From assembly GCA_965224025.1 (NCBI GenBank), contig OZ245033.1, forward strand, positions 2,656,001 through 2,720,000: a DNA stretch of 64,000 bases, written 5' to 3'. The notes under the pieces were generated by a model. That model did no database searches. It was not told the DNA's origin and saw only the letters and a program-made list of their open reading frames with translations. Of this stretch, positions 38,995 to 47,988 are shown one piece after another. This stretch comes from Candidatus Multivorans sp. (lineage in GTDB: Bacteria > Acidobacteriota > Thermoanaerobaculia > Multivoradales > Multivoraceae). Each line of letters opens with the position of its first letter. Within the stretch, counting starts at the first letter, position 1. Made by a program: the position numbers and the translations under genes.

Positions 38995-40086
38995 ATGAGA
39001 ACGCATGAACGCTTGAACGTCGGATGGACTGTGGCTGTTGTCTCTGTACTGCTGGTTCTTGCCCTTTCCGGCGGCGCGACCGCTGCGGGCAACAACCCCA
39101 ACAACGCCGCCAAGGACGCCGACTGGACCATGCCCCGCACCGGTTCGGGCCACCCCGACCTCCAGGGAGTATGGGCGAACAACAACGCCACGCCGTTGCA
39201 GCGCCCCGCCGCCTGGGCCGGCAAGGAACGCCTGACGGACGCGGAGCTTCAGCAGTTGGTGGCCGCGGCGGCCGAGGCGACGAACCCGGGCGCCGACGCC
39301 CTGTTCGGCGACCAGCTCGTCCTGGCTGCCATCGCGCGCACCGAGGCCACCTCCTACGACCCGACGACCGGCAACTACAACCAGTTCTGGATCGCGGACC
39401 GGGATTGGACGAACCGCACGTCCCTGGTCATCAATCCGCCCGACGGCCTGATCCCGCCCTTCACCGAGCCGGCGAAGAAGCGTCTCTGCAAGCGGGTCAA
39501 GCACCTGATGGAGCACGCCGCCGACTCATGGCTGGACCGCCCGATTCCCGAGCGTTGCATCAGCTACGGCGCTCCCTTCATCTTCCCGGGCTACAACGGC
39601 TACCACCAGGTCTTCCAGAGCGAGGACCACGTCGTGATTCACCAGGAGATGATCCACGACGCGCGGGTCATCCCGCTCGACGGCCGGGCGCAACTGGACG
39701 AGGACGTGCGACTGTGGAACGGCGCCTCCCGCGGTCGCTGGGAGGGCGACACCCTGGTCGTCGAGACGACGAACTACTCGGAGAAGAACGACTTCATGGG
39801 CTCCTCCGAGCAGCTCGCGATCACCGAGCGCTTCACCCTCACCGGGCCGGAAACCCTGGAGTGGGAAATCACGGTCAGTGACCCGGGCACCTGGACCGAG
39901 CCCTGGACCGCGTCGATCCCGCTCAAGCGCACTGAGGACGCGATCTTCGAGTACGCCTGCCACGAGGGCAACTACGCCATGGAGGGCATGCTCGCCGGCG
40001 CCCGCGCGGAGGAGGCGTCGGACAAGCCGAAGCAGCTCGACCCCGGTGCCGCGTTCCGGTACCCCGGCCTGATCTGCGACTTCTGA
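38995..40086 (+). CDS. Conserved secreted hypothetical protein (PDLQGVW ... EYACHEGN type)
   Basis: Signal peptide; GHPDLQGVW, RTSLVINPPDG, ERCI, GRWEGDTLVVETTN, FEYACHEGNY. Confidence 0.8.
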   Translation: MRTHERLNVGWTVAVVSVLLVLALSGGATAAGNNPNNAAKDADWTMPRTGSGHPDLQGVWANNNATPLQRPAAWAGKERLTDAELQQLVAAAAEATNPGADALFGDQLVLAAIARTEATSYDPTTGNYNQFWIADRDWTNRTSLVINPPDGLIPPFTEPAKKRLCKRVKHLMEHAADSWLDRPIPERCISYGAPFIFPGYNGYHQVFQSEDHVVIHQEMIHDARVIPLDGRAQLDEDVRLWNGASRGRWEGDTLVVETTNYSEKNDFMGSSEQLAITERFTLTGPETLEWEITVSDPGTWTEPWTASIPLKRTEDAIFEYACHEGNYAMEGMLAGARAEEASDKPKQLDPGAAFRYPGLICDF

Positions 40087-40106
40087 TCGGTCCGACCTTT
40101 CGTTGA

Positions 40107-40275
40107 GCTTTCGGCTCCAGGCTCGCGCCAGAGCAGGGCCAACAGTGCCGAGGCATCGAGGAGGGCCCGAGTCACCTCAGTCTCGTGCCGCCTCCCGGCG
40201 TCGCTCGGCGATGAAGGCGTCGACTTCGCTTCCCGATGAACCTGTGCCGTACTTCCGAGCAAGCGCCTGGGCTTG
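40107..40275 (-). pseudogene. Remnant of a vapBC-type TA pair (antitoxin C-terminus plus PIN N-terminus)
   Basis: 40275-40177 reads QAQALARKYG...EVDAFIAERRREAARD*; GTG 40175 reads MTRALLDASALLALLWREPGAE, then similarity ends. Confidence 0.7.
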
Positions 40276-40430
40276 TCACGCGGAATGGTATGGCGCCCGG
40301 CTGTACCACGGGAGTGAGAGCAGCTGCCAGTCGCTTGGGCCAGCGGTCAGCACGGTGGAGGGACGGACGAGGGTGACCATACCGTCGCTCCACCGTGCGT
40401 CGCCCGTTGTCGGCGGGTCGGTCGACCCGG

Positions 40431-40727
40431 CTACATACAGATGGTCATGCTCTGGAAGGTCAGGTACATCCCGATGGCGGTCAAGACGGGGGAGCCGACA
40501 ACCTGGCCAGCGGTAGTAAACACCGCTCCGGCAACCGAGTTGGTCCTGCAACTGTGGCGCCGCGCTCCTCCGACCACGCTCGTCAGGTCGGTGGCCGTGA
40601 AGCGGTCGAGGCCATCGTGGCCGATAGTCGATGGTCCGCCCGCTGTCACGGCGTCAGGCGGTATGGCGAAGGAAGCGCCAACGTTCAACACCAGGGCGAT
40701 CAGTGCAATAGCTGAGAATCTCGTCAT
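40431..40727 (-). CDS. Small secreted precursor peptide 1 (signal + GG-type leader + Cys-bridged hydrophobic core)
   Basis: AAAGGA RBS; signal ending GASFA; leader GLDRFTATDLTSVVGG; core ending ICM; paralogous to 41918-42211. Confidence 0.72.
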   Translation of the reverse strand: MTRFSAIALIALVLNVGASFAIPPDAVTAGGPSTIGHDGLDRFTATDLTSVVGGARRHSCRTNSVAGAVFTTAGQVVGSPVLTAIGMYLTFQSMTICM

Positions 40728-40899
40728 GTCCAGGGTTCCTTTCGGTTGTAGAGGATTCGGCAGTCAAGCGGTGGAGGCGGCCGGTAGGCATCTCTCGGCC
40801 CACCTATGGACCAAGACGGAATGGGCGCGGCTGGATTCGTCTCGTGTCCTCGCGTTGCTCAAGGGAAGACGGGCTGCCCGGAAGGAGCGCTATGCATGT

Positions 40900-41592
40900 T
40901 CAGCCGCTGAGCATCTGCTCGCGGCGCTCCGCGCGGGCGAAGGTGAGCGCGATGATGGCGGTAATTATGAGCGCGTAGCCGATGCGGTTCCGGACGGCCA
41001 TCGCGAGCAACTGCTCAGCGTCGGCTCCTTCCACCGTGAGCGGGTTCCAGAACGGCGAAATGCGGAACAGGAACGGGAGTAGGGCAGGCACGCTGACGGC
41101 CAGGCCGAATAGCCCGATGGTTGCCAGGGCGCCGGAAGTCTCGCTGCGGAACAAGGCAGCGAAACCCATGGTCAGTGCCAGACAGAAGACGGCTCCTTGC
41201 GCGGCGCCGTAGAGGGTCTGGAAGACTGGAAAGGCGGTGAAGAATGCGAATGTGAGCACCGCCATCAGGCTCAGGCTGGCAAGCAGGATGAGGCCCGCGG
41301 CGGCGAGCTTCCCAAGCCAGACTCGATGGGCGCCGCCCGGTACGGTGTAGGCGATCTCCAGGGTGTGCTCGTCGAGTTCCCCGGCGATGATCCGGCCGCC
41401 CAGAAACACGGCAAGAGCCGACACCGGCATGCCGATCAGGATGTTCTGGGCTGCGGCGGGTTCAAACCCGGTCTGGCGGGCGGTAACCAGCAAGACCGCC
41501 TGCACGGCAAGCCACGGAAGCGGCAGCAGTGGCAGCAGCCAGTACCGCGGGCCCCCGAGCAGCACGGCGGAGAGACGGATGATGGTGATCAC
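40900..41592 (-). CDS. ABC-2 type permease-like membrane protein (paralog 2)
   Basis: About 6 TM segments; I.GELDEHTLEIAYTVPGG, FRISPFWNP; clearly paralogous to 42472-43161; GTG start 41592. Confidence 0.85.
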   Translation of the reverse strand: MITIIRLSAVLLGGPRYWLLPLLPLPWLAVQAVLLVTARQTGFEPAAAQNILIGMPVSALAVFLGGRIIAGELDEHTLEIAYTVPGGAHRVWLGKLAAAGLILLASLSLMAVLTFAFFTAFPVFQTLYGAAQGAVFCLALTMGFAALFRSETSGALATIGLFGLAVSVPALLPFLFRISPFWNPLTVEGADAEQLLAMAVRNRIGYALIITAIIALTFARAERREQMLSG

Positions 41593-41917
41593 GCCAGAGT
41601 TCCGAGGGTCGCCAGACCGGGGCGGACATGTTTGGGTTCGACGCCAAGGAGCGATTGCTGCGAAAGAAGAGTTGGGAGTGACGCGAGGGCGACGAATACC
41701 AGCGGTGTCCACGCGACGCAGCCGACCGCTGATCGGCGCGTCCGCGTCGTCAGAGGCCCGGCGGCCGGTCCGACGTGGCATCCCGGTTGGTTCACTGGAC
41801 GTCGCCCTCGCGCCCACGCGGGAGGAAGGATATTGGCCCACCGGCGCTCTCGGAAGAGAGAATCCTCATCAATACGATCGCGTGTAGACTCTCGGGTGGC
41901 GCCGGTGGAGAGATTGG

Positions 41918-42211
41918 TTACACGCAGATAGCACCGACAAGGCCGAGGCCGGCACCCTGCCCGATTGGATCCCCTGCGATGGTGGCGGCTACGAAGAGCA
42001 GGTAGCCGAGACCCTTGACGGCCAGAGTGCAAGCTCCCGACCGCCACCCTTCACCGGTCACGGCGACCATGTCGGCATCCGTGAGTTGTTCGAGCCCGGG
42101 ATTGTCCGCGCCCGATGTGTCGCCCGCCACGGCCGTGACAGGGGGTTCTGCGAAGGCGCCGCCGACGCTCAGCACAAGCGCTGCCACTGCGAGAGTTAGA
42201 ACTTTCTTCAT
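41918..42211 (-). CDS. Small secreted precursor peptide 2
   Basis: AAAGGA RBS; signal MKKVLTLAVAALVLSVGGAFA; leader GLEQLTDADMVAVTG; core ending ICV. Confidence 0.78.
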   Translation of the reverse strand: MKKVLTLAVAALVLSVGGAFAEPPVTAVAGDTSGADNPGLEQLTDADMVAVTGEGWRSGACTLAVKGLGYLLFVAATIAGDPIGQGAGLGLVGAICV

Positions 42212-42471
42212 GATTCCTGGTTCCTTTCCGTTTCATTGGTTTGTGTTGCCGTCGACCCCGTTCGGAGAGGCCGACGACGCTGGTAGGCGGTGAGGTCCGG
42301 CGGAAGCCGAGAAGGCTTCGCAGGTCCGGCGACCCGCAGCGCCTCGTGGCGCCGCAGGGACTGTGCCCGCCTATAGACCTAAGACGGAATTCGGAGCGGT
42401 TCTTGTCGCGAGGAACCTGAGAGGGGGGCTGGGTGGCGGTGGATGCGTGTCAGTCGATGGCGGAACCCGGC

Positions 42472-43161
42472 TCAGCCACCGAGCATCTTCTCCCGCCGTT
42501 CCGCTCGGGCGAAGGTAAGTGCCACGATGGCGACGATCGCGAGTGCGATGCCAATACGGTTCTGGACGCTCATGGCGAGCATCCGCGCCGCGTCGGCGTC
42601 CTCGATCGCGAGCGGATTCCATAGCGGCGAAATGCGGAACTGGATAGCGCCGAAGCTGGTGATCAAGCCGTTTAGGCCGAGGAGGCCGATCGTGGCCAGG
42701 GTACCGGCGACCTCGCTGCGGAACAGGGTGGCGAACCCCATCGCGGCAACGAGGTAGAAGACGACTCCCTGGCCCGCGCCGTAGAGGCTCTGGAGGACGG
42801 GGAAAGAGGTGAAGAAGGCGAACGAGACGGCCGCCATGAGAATCATGCTGGAGAGCAGGATCAGGATCGCGGCCGCGAGCTTGCTTAGCCAGACGCGATG
42901 GGCGCCTCCCGGCACGGTGTAGGCAATCTCCAGGCTGTGCTCGTCGAGTTCGCCTGTGATCGTCCGCCCACCCAGGAAGATGGCAAGGACTGCTACCGGC
43001 ACGCCGATCAGGGTGTTCTGGGCCGCCGCGGGCTCGAGCGTGGGCCGTCCCGCAAGCAGTAGCGCTGCCTGGATCGTCAGCCAAACGAGGGGCAGAAAAG
43101 GCAGCAACCAGTAGCGCCGCCCGGCCAGCAGCACCGCGGAGAGACGCAGCACGCCGATCAC
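42472..43161 (-). CDS. ABC-2 type permease-like membrane protein (paralog 1)
   Basis: About 6 TM segments; GELDEHSLEIAYTVPGG; GTGA-coupled to the upstream fusion gene. Confidence 0.85.
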   Translation of the reverse strand: MIGVLRLSAVLLAGRRYWLLPFLPLVWLTIQAALLLAGRPTLEPAAAQNTLIGVPVAVLAIFLGGRTITGELDEHSLEIAYTVPGGAHRVWLSKLAAAILILLSSMILMAAVSFAFFTSFPVLQSLYGAGQGVVFYLVAAMGFATLFRSEVAGTLATIGLLGLNGLITSFGAIQFRISPLWNPLAIEDADAARMLAMSVQNRIGIALAIVAIVALTFARAERREKMLGG

Positions 43162-46100
43162 GCCGGGGTTCCACCGCGCGCCGCCCGCGCCAGCCAGAGG
43201 TAGCCGTCCTCGAGCGTGGGTTCGACCGGTTCGGCGCGTTGATCGGGGCGATCCGCGGCCAGCACGCGCAGGCGGCTGCTGCCGTCGGGCTCGGGTTGGC
43301 GATCAGCGAGCACGGACGTCTGGGGCAGCTCCGGCTCTTCATCTCCGGGCGCCGTCCAGGACCAGACGCGGCCTTCTGCCTCCCGGGACAGCGCCGCCGG
43401 CTCGCCGTCGAACACCATGCGGCCGCCGGTGAGCACCAGCACGCGCTCGCAGGCCACGGCCACGTCCTCGACGACGTGGGTGGAGAAGAGGACGATGCGG
43501 TCCTTGGCCAGGCGCGAGAGCAGGTTGCGGAAGCGGACGCGCTCGCGGGGGTCGAGACCGACGGTCGGCTCGTCGACGACGATGATCGGCGGCAGGCGCA
43601 GCAGCGTGCGGGCCACCGCGACCCGCTGCCGCATGCCGCCGGAGTAGCCACCGATCGGTTCGTCCGCGCGCTCGTCGAGTCCGACCTCGCGCAGCAGGGA
43701 CGCAATGCGCTCGGCTCGCTCCGACGCCTCGATCTGGTAGAGCGCGGCGTAGTACTCGAGGTACTGGCGGGCCGTCAGGCGCGCCGGCAGGCCGGCGTCC
43801 TGCGGCAGGTAGCCGACGTAGCGGGCCAGCCGCTTCCGGACGCTGAGCAGCGGCACGCCGCCCAGCGTGATCCGGCCGCGGGTCGAATCGAGAATGCCGG
43901 TCACCTGGCGGAGCAGGGTCGTCTTGCCGGCACCGTTCGGACCCAGCACGCCGACCATGCCTCGCTCGACTTCGAAGCTCACCGCGGCCAGCGCCTTCAC
44001 CGTGTCGATCGGCAGGTCGAGGCCGAAGATCCGGCTTGCAACCGCGCGCCAGAGGCGGATCAACATGCCGCGCCAGCCCCGTGTGCGCCGCTGGCGCGCC
44101 TCTCGCTGCTCCCGGCGCACCGTCTCGAGGCGCGCCGTGCGACGTCCGAGTTGGATGAAGAGAGTGATGGTGGAGAGGATGGTCACGACGACGAACCCGC
44201 CCACCGCGGGTTCGCTCGCGAGAGCCGGACCGGCGAGGCCCGCGAGAAGCGCCCAGGGCAGCAGGGCGGACAGCACGCCCTCGATGCCGCCCGGCTCGAC
44301 TCGTCCGAGCGCGTCGGCCCGGCCACGGGCACGCCGGACCTCGGTCAGCAACCGGGAAGCGATCAGCAGTGCGGCGATCCAGGCGCCCAGTTGGATCAGG
44401 TCGGCACGAAACCTCAGAGCCATGGCGACCGCGCCGGCGAGCAACAGGAGCAACGGCGGGATGCATTCCCGCGCGTCGGCGGGGTGGAACGCTTCACCGC
44501 CGCGGTCGACCACCTGCCTGGCGAAATCGGTCGACGCCCGCAGCGCCCGGCGCACCGGTCCCGCGAGGCCGTATGTCTTGCGCAGGTGGCGGACCACGAG
44601 GCGGGGCGGTCCGGCGCCGGCCTCCGGCTCCGGCGTCGGCGGCTTCGGCACCAGCCACACGGCGAGCCCGAGCAGCGCGCCGGCGATGAGGACCGTCGTC
44701 GTGATCTGCCAAAGCATGGACTCGATCACGCCGAGCACGAACAACGGGGCGGTGGCCGCGATGACCGCGCCGAGCCAGGTCAGCACCATCCAGGGTCCGA
44801 CGCGGCTGAACAGGTCGTCCAGGCGGCGCAGAAAGACGTAGCCGACCGGGATGACGAGCAGCGTGAGCACGGTCGAGGTCAGAAGACCGCCGATCACGAG
44901 TGTCGCGAAGGGCGGCCAGATCTCGTTCTCGCGTCCGGTGGCGATGGCCAGCGGCGCCAGCGCCGCGATTGTTGTCGCGCTCGTCATCAGCACCGGACGC
45001 GCGCGCTCCCGAACCGCGGCCAGGGCGGCGGCGCCGGCGCTCCAGCCGGCGCCGAGTACACGCTGCTGCATCCGGTCGACGAGCAGGACGGCGGGATTCA
45101 CCGCCAACCCCAGCAGGACGAGCGCCCCGAGCAGCGCCATCGGATCGAGCCCGATGCCTGAGAACATGAGCACCCACAGCGAGCCGAGCAGGGCCAGCGG
45201 CAGGGCCAGCAGGACGAGGATCGGCAGGGTCATCGATTCGAACGCCACCGCCAGAACCAGGAACACGAGCATCACGACCGGGCCGAGGACGCGCCGGAAC
45301 CAGCTCGTGTTCTCGTCCGAGCGGTCGAGCTCGATTGTCGTTCCGGGCGGGCGGTGGACGCTGGCGAGGGCCTCGTCCAGGTTGCGGTCGAACTCCAGCC
45401 GGGCCGCTCCGCTGCTTGGTACGTCGGACGAGACGCTGTAGATGACCTCCCGCTCGCGGCGGCCGTTGTGGTGGGTGATCACCGGGGAAGCCGGCGCGCG
45501 GCGGACCTGCGCCAGCGCCGCCACCGGCAGCACGCCGGCGCCGGTGGAGACGCGCAGCCGGGACAGGCCACTGAGCGACACTTCGCGGTCAGGACTCATC
45601 CCGTCTTCGGGCGTCGCGTCGCTGGGCCGAGCTTCCAGGCGTTGGACGACGATCGGAAGCTCGCGGCCGCTCGGAAGCGGGAAGCCGCTGTTGATGCTCG
45701 TGCCCTCGCGGCCGGCGAGATTCAGCATCGGCAGCACATCGTCGAGCAGCACGCCGAAGGTGTCGAAAGCGCGCCGGTTCGGGCTGACGTGGATCTCCTC
45801 GGGGCCGGGTCGCGAGGAGGGGAAGGCGCCGCTGATCCCCTCGATCTCCTTCAGCCGCTCGGCAACCTCGGCAGCGAGACCGGTCAACTGATCGTTGTCG
45901 TTTCCGGACAGGATGACCTTTTGGGGGCCGCCGCCGAGCAACTCCTGGGCGCCGCCCCCGCCGCCGGGGCCGCCGCCGCGACCGCCCGGGCCTTCGCCTT
46001 CGCCGGGTCGCAGAATCTCGGTGCCGGCGCGCCGGTTCGCGGCCCTGCGTACGAGCTGACGGATTCGCCGCGCGGTCAGTTCCTCGGGACGGTCCTCGAG

Positions 46101-47975
46101 GGGCTCGAGGTGCACCGTCAACGAGCCCCCCTCCTCGCGGATCATGCTTTCGACGCGGTCCACACCGTCGACTTCATGAACCGCTTCCAGGGGCTGAAAG
46201 GCGCGCACCGCGGCATCGAGCGAACTGCGGCTCTCGTCGAGGCGCACCGAGAGCTGGACCTGGTCTGCGATTTCTGCGTCCGGCGACACCGTGTTTCCGA
46301 GCACAAAGGGCAGGGCCACGAGCGCGGTGACGACGACGGCGAGAGCCACCGACGTGACCCAGCTCGCGGGCCGCCTCAATGCCGAGGCGAGAACTCCCGC
46401 GAACAGGATGCGGGTCGGGTCGGGCGGCGCCTGTCCGGCGAAGCGTTCGCGTCGCCGGCGCAGTCGGTCCAGCCGGCGGATTGCCGCGGGCGCGGCCAGA
46501 TGGCGGGCCAGCAGCGGTACGAGACCGATCGCCACCAGCAGGGAACCGAACAGCGGCAGCAGGATCGAGAGGGCGGCGATCGCGATCAGGTTGCGGATGA
46601 ACGACGATCCCAGGTCGACGAGCAACGGCGGCACGAACACGACCGCGGTGGTCACCGACGCGGCGATGATCGCGCGGGCGGTGCGACGAATGCCCCCCGC
46701 CGCGGCGTCGTCGGGACTTCGTCCTCGTTCGAGGCGCCGCTGGACGGACTCGAAGACGACGACGCTGTTGTCGACCAGGAGGCCGACCCCGACCGCCAGG
46801 CCGAAGAGGCTGATCAGGTTCAGCGTCTGGCCCGCCAGATAGAGGAAAGCCAGGGCCGAGGCCAGACTGACCGGCACGGCGATGGCGACAACCGCCACTG
46901 CCCGCCACTGTCGGAGGAAAAGGAACAGGACGGCGAGAGCGATCAGGAAACCGGTCAGACCGAGTTTCTTGAGCCGGTCGATCTGGGTCTCGACGAGCTC
47001 CGCGGCGTCGAAGCTGCTCAGCAGGCGAATGCCCAGCGGCTGGAGATCTTCGTTGATCTCTTCGATTCGGCGGCGGAGGTCGCGGCCGAGGCGAACCAGG
47101 TTCGCACCCTCTTCCTGGAGCACCATGACTCCGACCGAGGGGTCGCCGTTGACCCGGAACAGCGTTTGCCGCCGGCCGGGGCCGACCTCGATTTCGGCGA
47201 CGTGGCGCACCAGGGCCGGCCGGTCCGGCACGATCCGGACTTCGCCCATGGACACCGGCCCGATCGGGCGGCCGTCGAGCATCACCGCCATCCTCCCGGC
47301 CTCGTCCTCCAGGCTGCCGAGGTAGCGCAGGCGGCCGGCCGCGGCGCGCACCGCCGCCGTCACCTGCTCCGTGGTGACGCCGAGCGCGGCACAGCGGTTC
47401 GGGTCGACCCAGACGGTCAACTGGCGCGCCGCGCCGCCGCCGACCATCGCCTGGCTGACGCCCGAAACCGCGGCCAGCCGCGGAGTGACGAGTTCGTCGA
47501 CCAAACCGCGCAGGGCGTTCTGATCGGCCGCGCCGGTGACCTGCAGAACCATGGCGAAACTGGAAAGAAAGCCGGTGTCCTGGGACTGGACATCGAGGAA
47601 GGCATTCCGCGGCTGGGTGCGGGCCAGGTCCGCGGCGATCCGGCGCACCTCCAGCTCGCGCACCTTCAGGTCGACGCCACGCTCGAAGAGGATCGTGAAG
47701 CTGCCGCCGGAGCCGATGACCTCGCCCCAGGTTTCGGCGACCCGCGGCAGGGTCCGTACCCGGGCCTCCAGAGGCATCAGGATCTCCCGCTCGATGGTCT
47801 CCGGTTCGCTGCCCGGGCGGAAGAAGTTGACGTAGAGCTGGTCGCCGGTCAGGGCGGGGAAGAGTTCCACCGGCAACCTTTGCCATGCGAACAGCCCCAT
47901 GATCACCAGCCCCAGGAAGAACATCGCCACGGCGACGGGGCGGCGAATGGCGAGGGTGTCGAGACCGGCTCTCAC
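43158..47975 (-). CDS. RND (AcrB-like) permease fused to a C-terminal ABC ATPase
   Basis: RRPVAV, LPVELFP, GLLVDNSVVV, RARPVLMTS; then GPNGAGKTT, SGGMRQR, VDEP and STH in one 1605-aa ORF. Confidence 0.9.
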   Translation of the reverse strand: MRAGLDTLAIRRPVAVAMFFLGLVIMGLFAWQRLPVELFPALTGDQLYVNFFRPGSEPETIEREILMPLEARVRTLPRVAETWGEVIGSGGSFTILFERGVDLKVRELEVRRIAADLARTQPRNAFLDVQSQDTGFLSSFAMVLQVTGAADQNALRGLVDELVTPRLAAVSGVSQAMVGGGAARQLTVWVDPNRCAALGVTTEQVTAAVRAAAGRLRYLGSLEDEAGRMAVMLDGRPIGPVSMGEVRIVPDRPALVRHVAEIEVGPGRRQTLFRVNGDPSVGVMVLQEEGANLVRLGRDLRRRIEEINEDLQPLGIRLLSSFDAAELVETQIDRLKKLGLTGFLIALAVLFLFLRQWRAVAVVAIAVPVSLASALAFLYLAGQTLNLISLFGLAVGVGLLVDNSVVVFESVQRRLERGRSPDDAAAGGIRRTARAIIAASVTTAVVFVPPLLVDLGSSFIRNLIAIAALSILLPLFGSLLVAIGLVPLLARHLAAPAAIRRLDRLRRRRERFAGQAPPDPTRILFAGVLASALRRPASWVTSVALAVVVTALVALPFVLGNTVSPDAEIADQVQLSVRLDESRSSLDAAVRAFQPLEAVHEVDGVDRVESMIREEGGSLTVHLEPLEDRPEELTARRIRQLVRRAANRRAGTEILRPGEGEGPGGRGGGPGGGGGAQELLGGGPQKVILSGNDNDQLTGLAAEVAERLKEIEGISGAFPSSRPGPEEIHVSPNRRAFDTFGVLLDDVLPMLNLAGREGTSINSGFPLPSGRELPIVVQRLEARPSDATPEDGMSPDREVSLSGLSRLRVSTGAGVLPVAALAQVRRAPASPVITHHNGRREREVIYSVSSDVPSSGAARLEFDRNLDEALASVHRPPGTTIELDRSDENTSWFRRVLGPVVMLVFLVLAVAFESMTLPILVLLALPLALLGSLWVLMFSGIGLDPMALLGALVLLGLAVNPAVLLVDRMQQRVLGAGWSAGAAALAAVRERARPVLMTSATTIAALAPLAIATGRENEIWPPFATLVIGGLLTSTVLTLLVIPVGYVFLRRLDDLFSRVGPWMVLTWLGAVIAATAPLFVLGVIESMLWQITTTVLIAGALLGLAVWLVPKPPTPEPEAGAGPPRLVVRHLRKTYGLAGPVRRALRASTDFARQVVDRGGEAFHPADARECIPPLLLLLAGAVAMALRFRADLIQLGAWIAALLIASRLLTEVRRARGRADALGRVEPGGIEGVLSALLPWALLAGLAGPALASEPAVGGFVVVTILSTITLFIQLGRRTARLETVRREQREARQRRTRGWRGMLIRLWRAVASRIFGLDLPIDTVKALAAVSFEVERGMVGVLGPNGAGKTTLLRQVTGILDSTRGRITLGGVPLLSVRKRLARYVGYLPQDAGLPARLTARQYLEYYAALYQIEASERAERIASLLREVGLDERADEPIGGYSGGMRQRVAVARTLLRLPPIIVVDEPTVGLDPRERVRFRNLLSRLAKDRIVLFSTHVVEDVAVACERVLVLTGGRMVFDGEPAALSREAEGRVWSWTAPGDEEPELPQTSVLADRQPEPDGSSRLRVLAADRPDQRAEPVEPTLEDGYLWLARAARGGTPA

Positions 47976-47988
47976 GTCGCCTTCCGGT

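Noticed and set aside
41589-41900. Small hydrophobic ORF (…WTPLVFVALASLPTLL…) as an immunity gene
   Set aside because: It has no clear start or RBS, overlaps a degenerate family A-like fragment near 41769-41823, and has no convincing counterpart after peptide 1.
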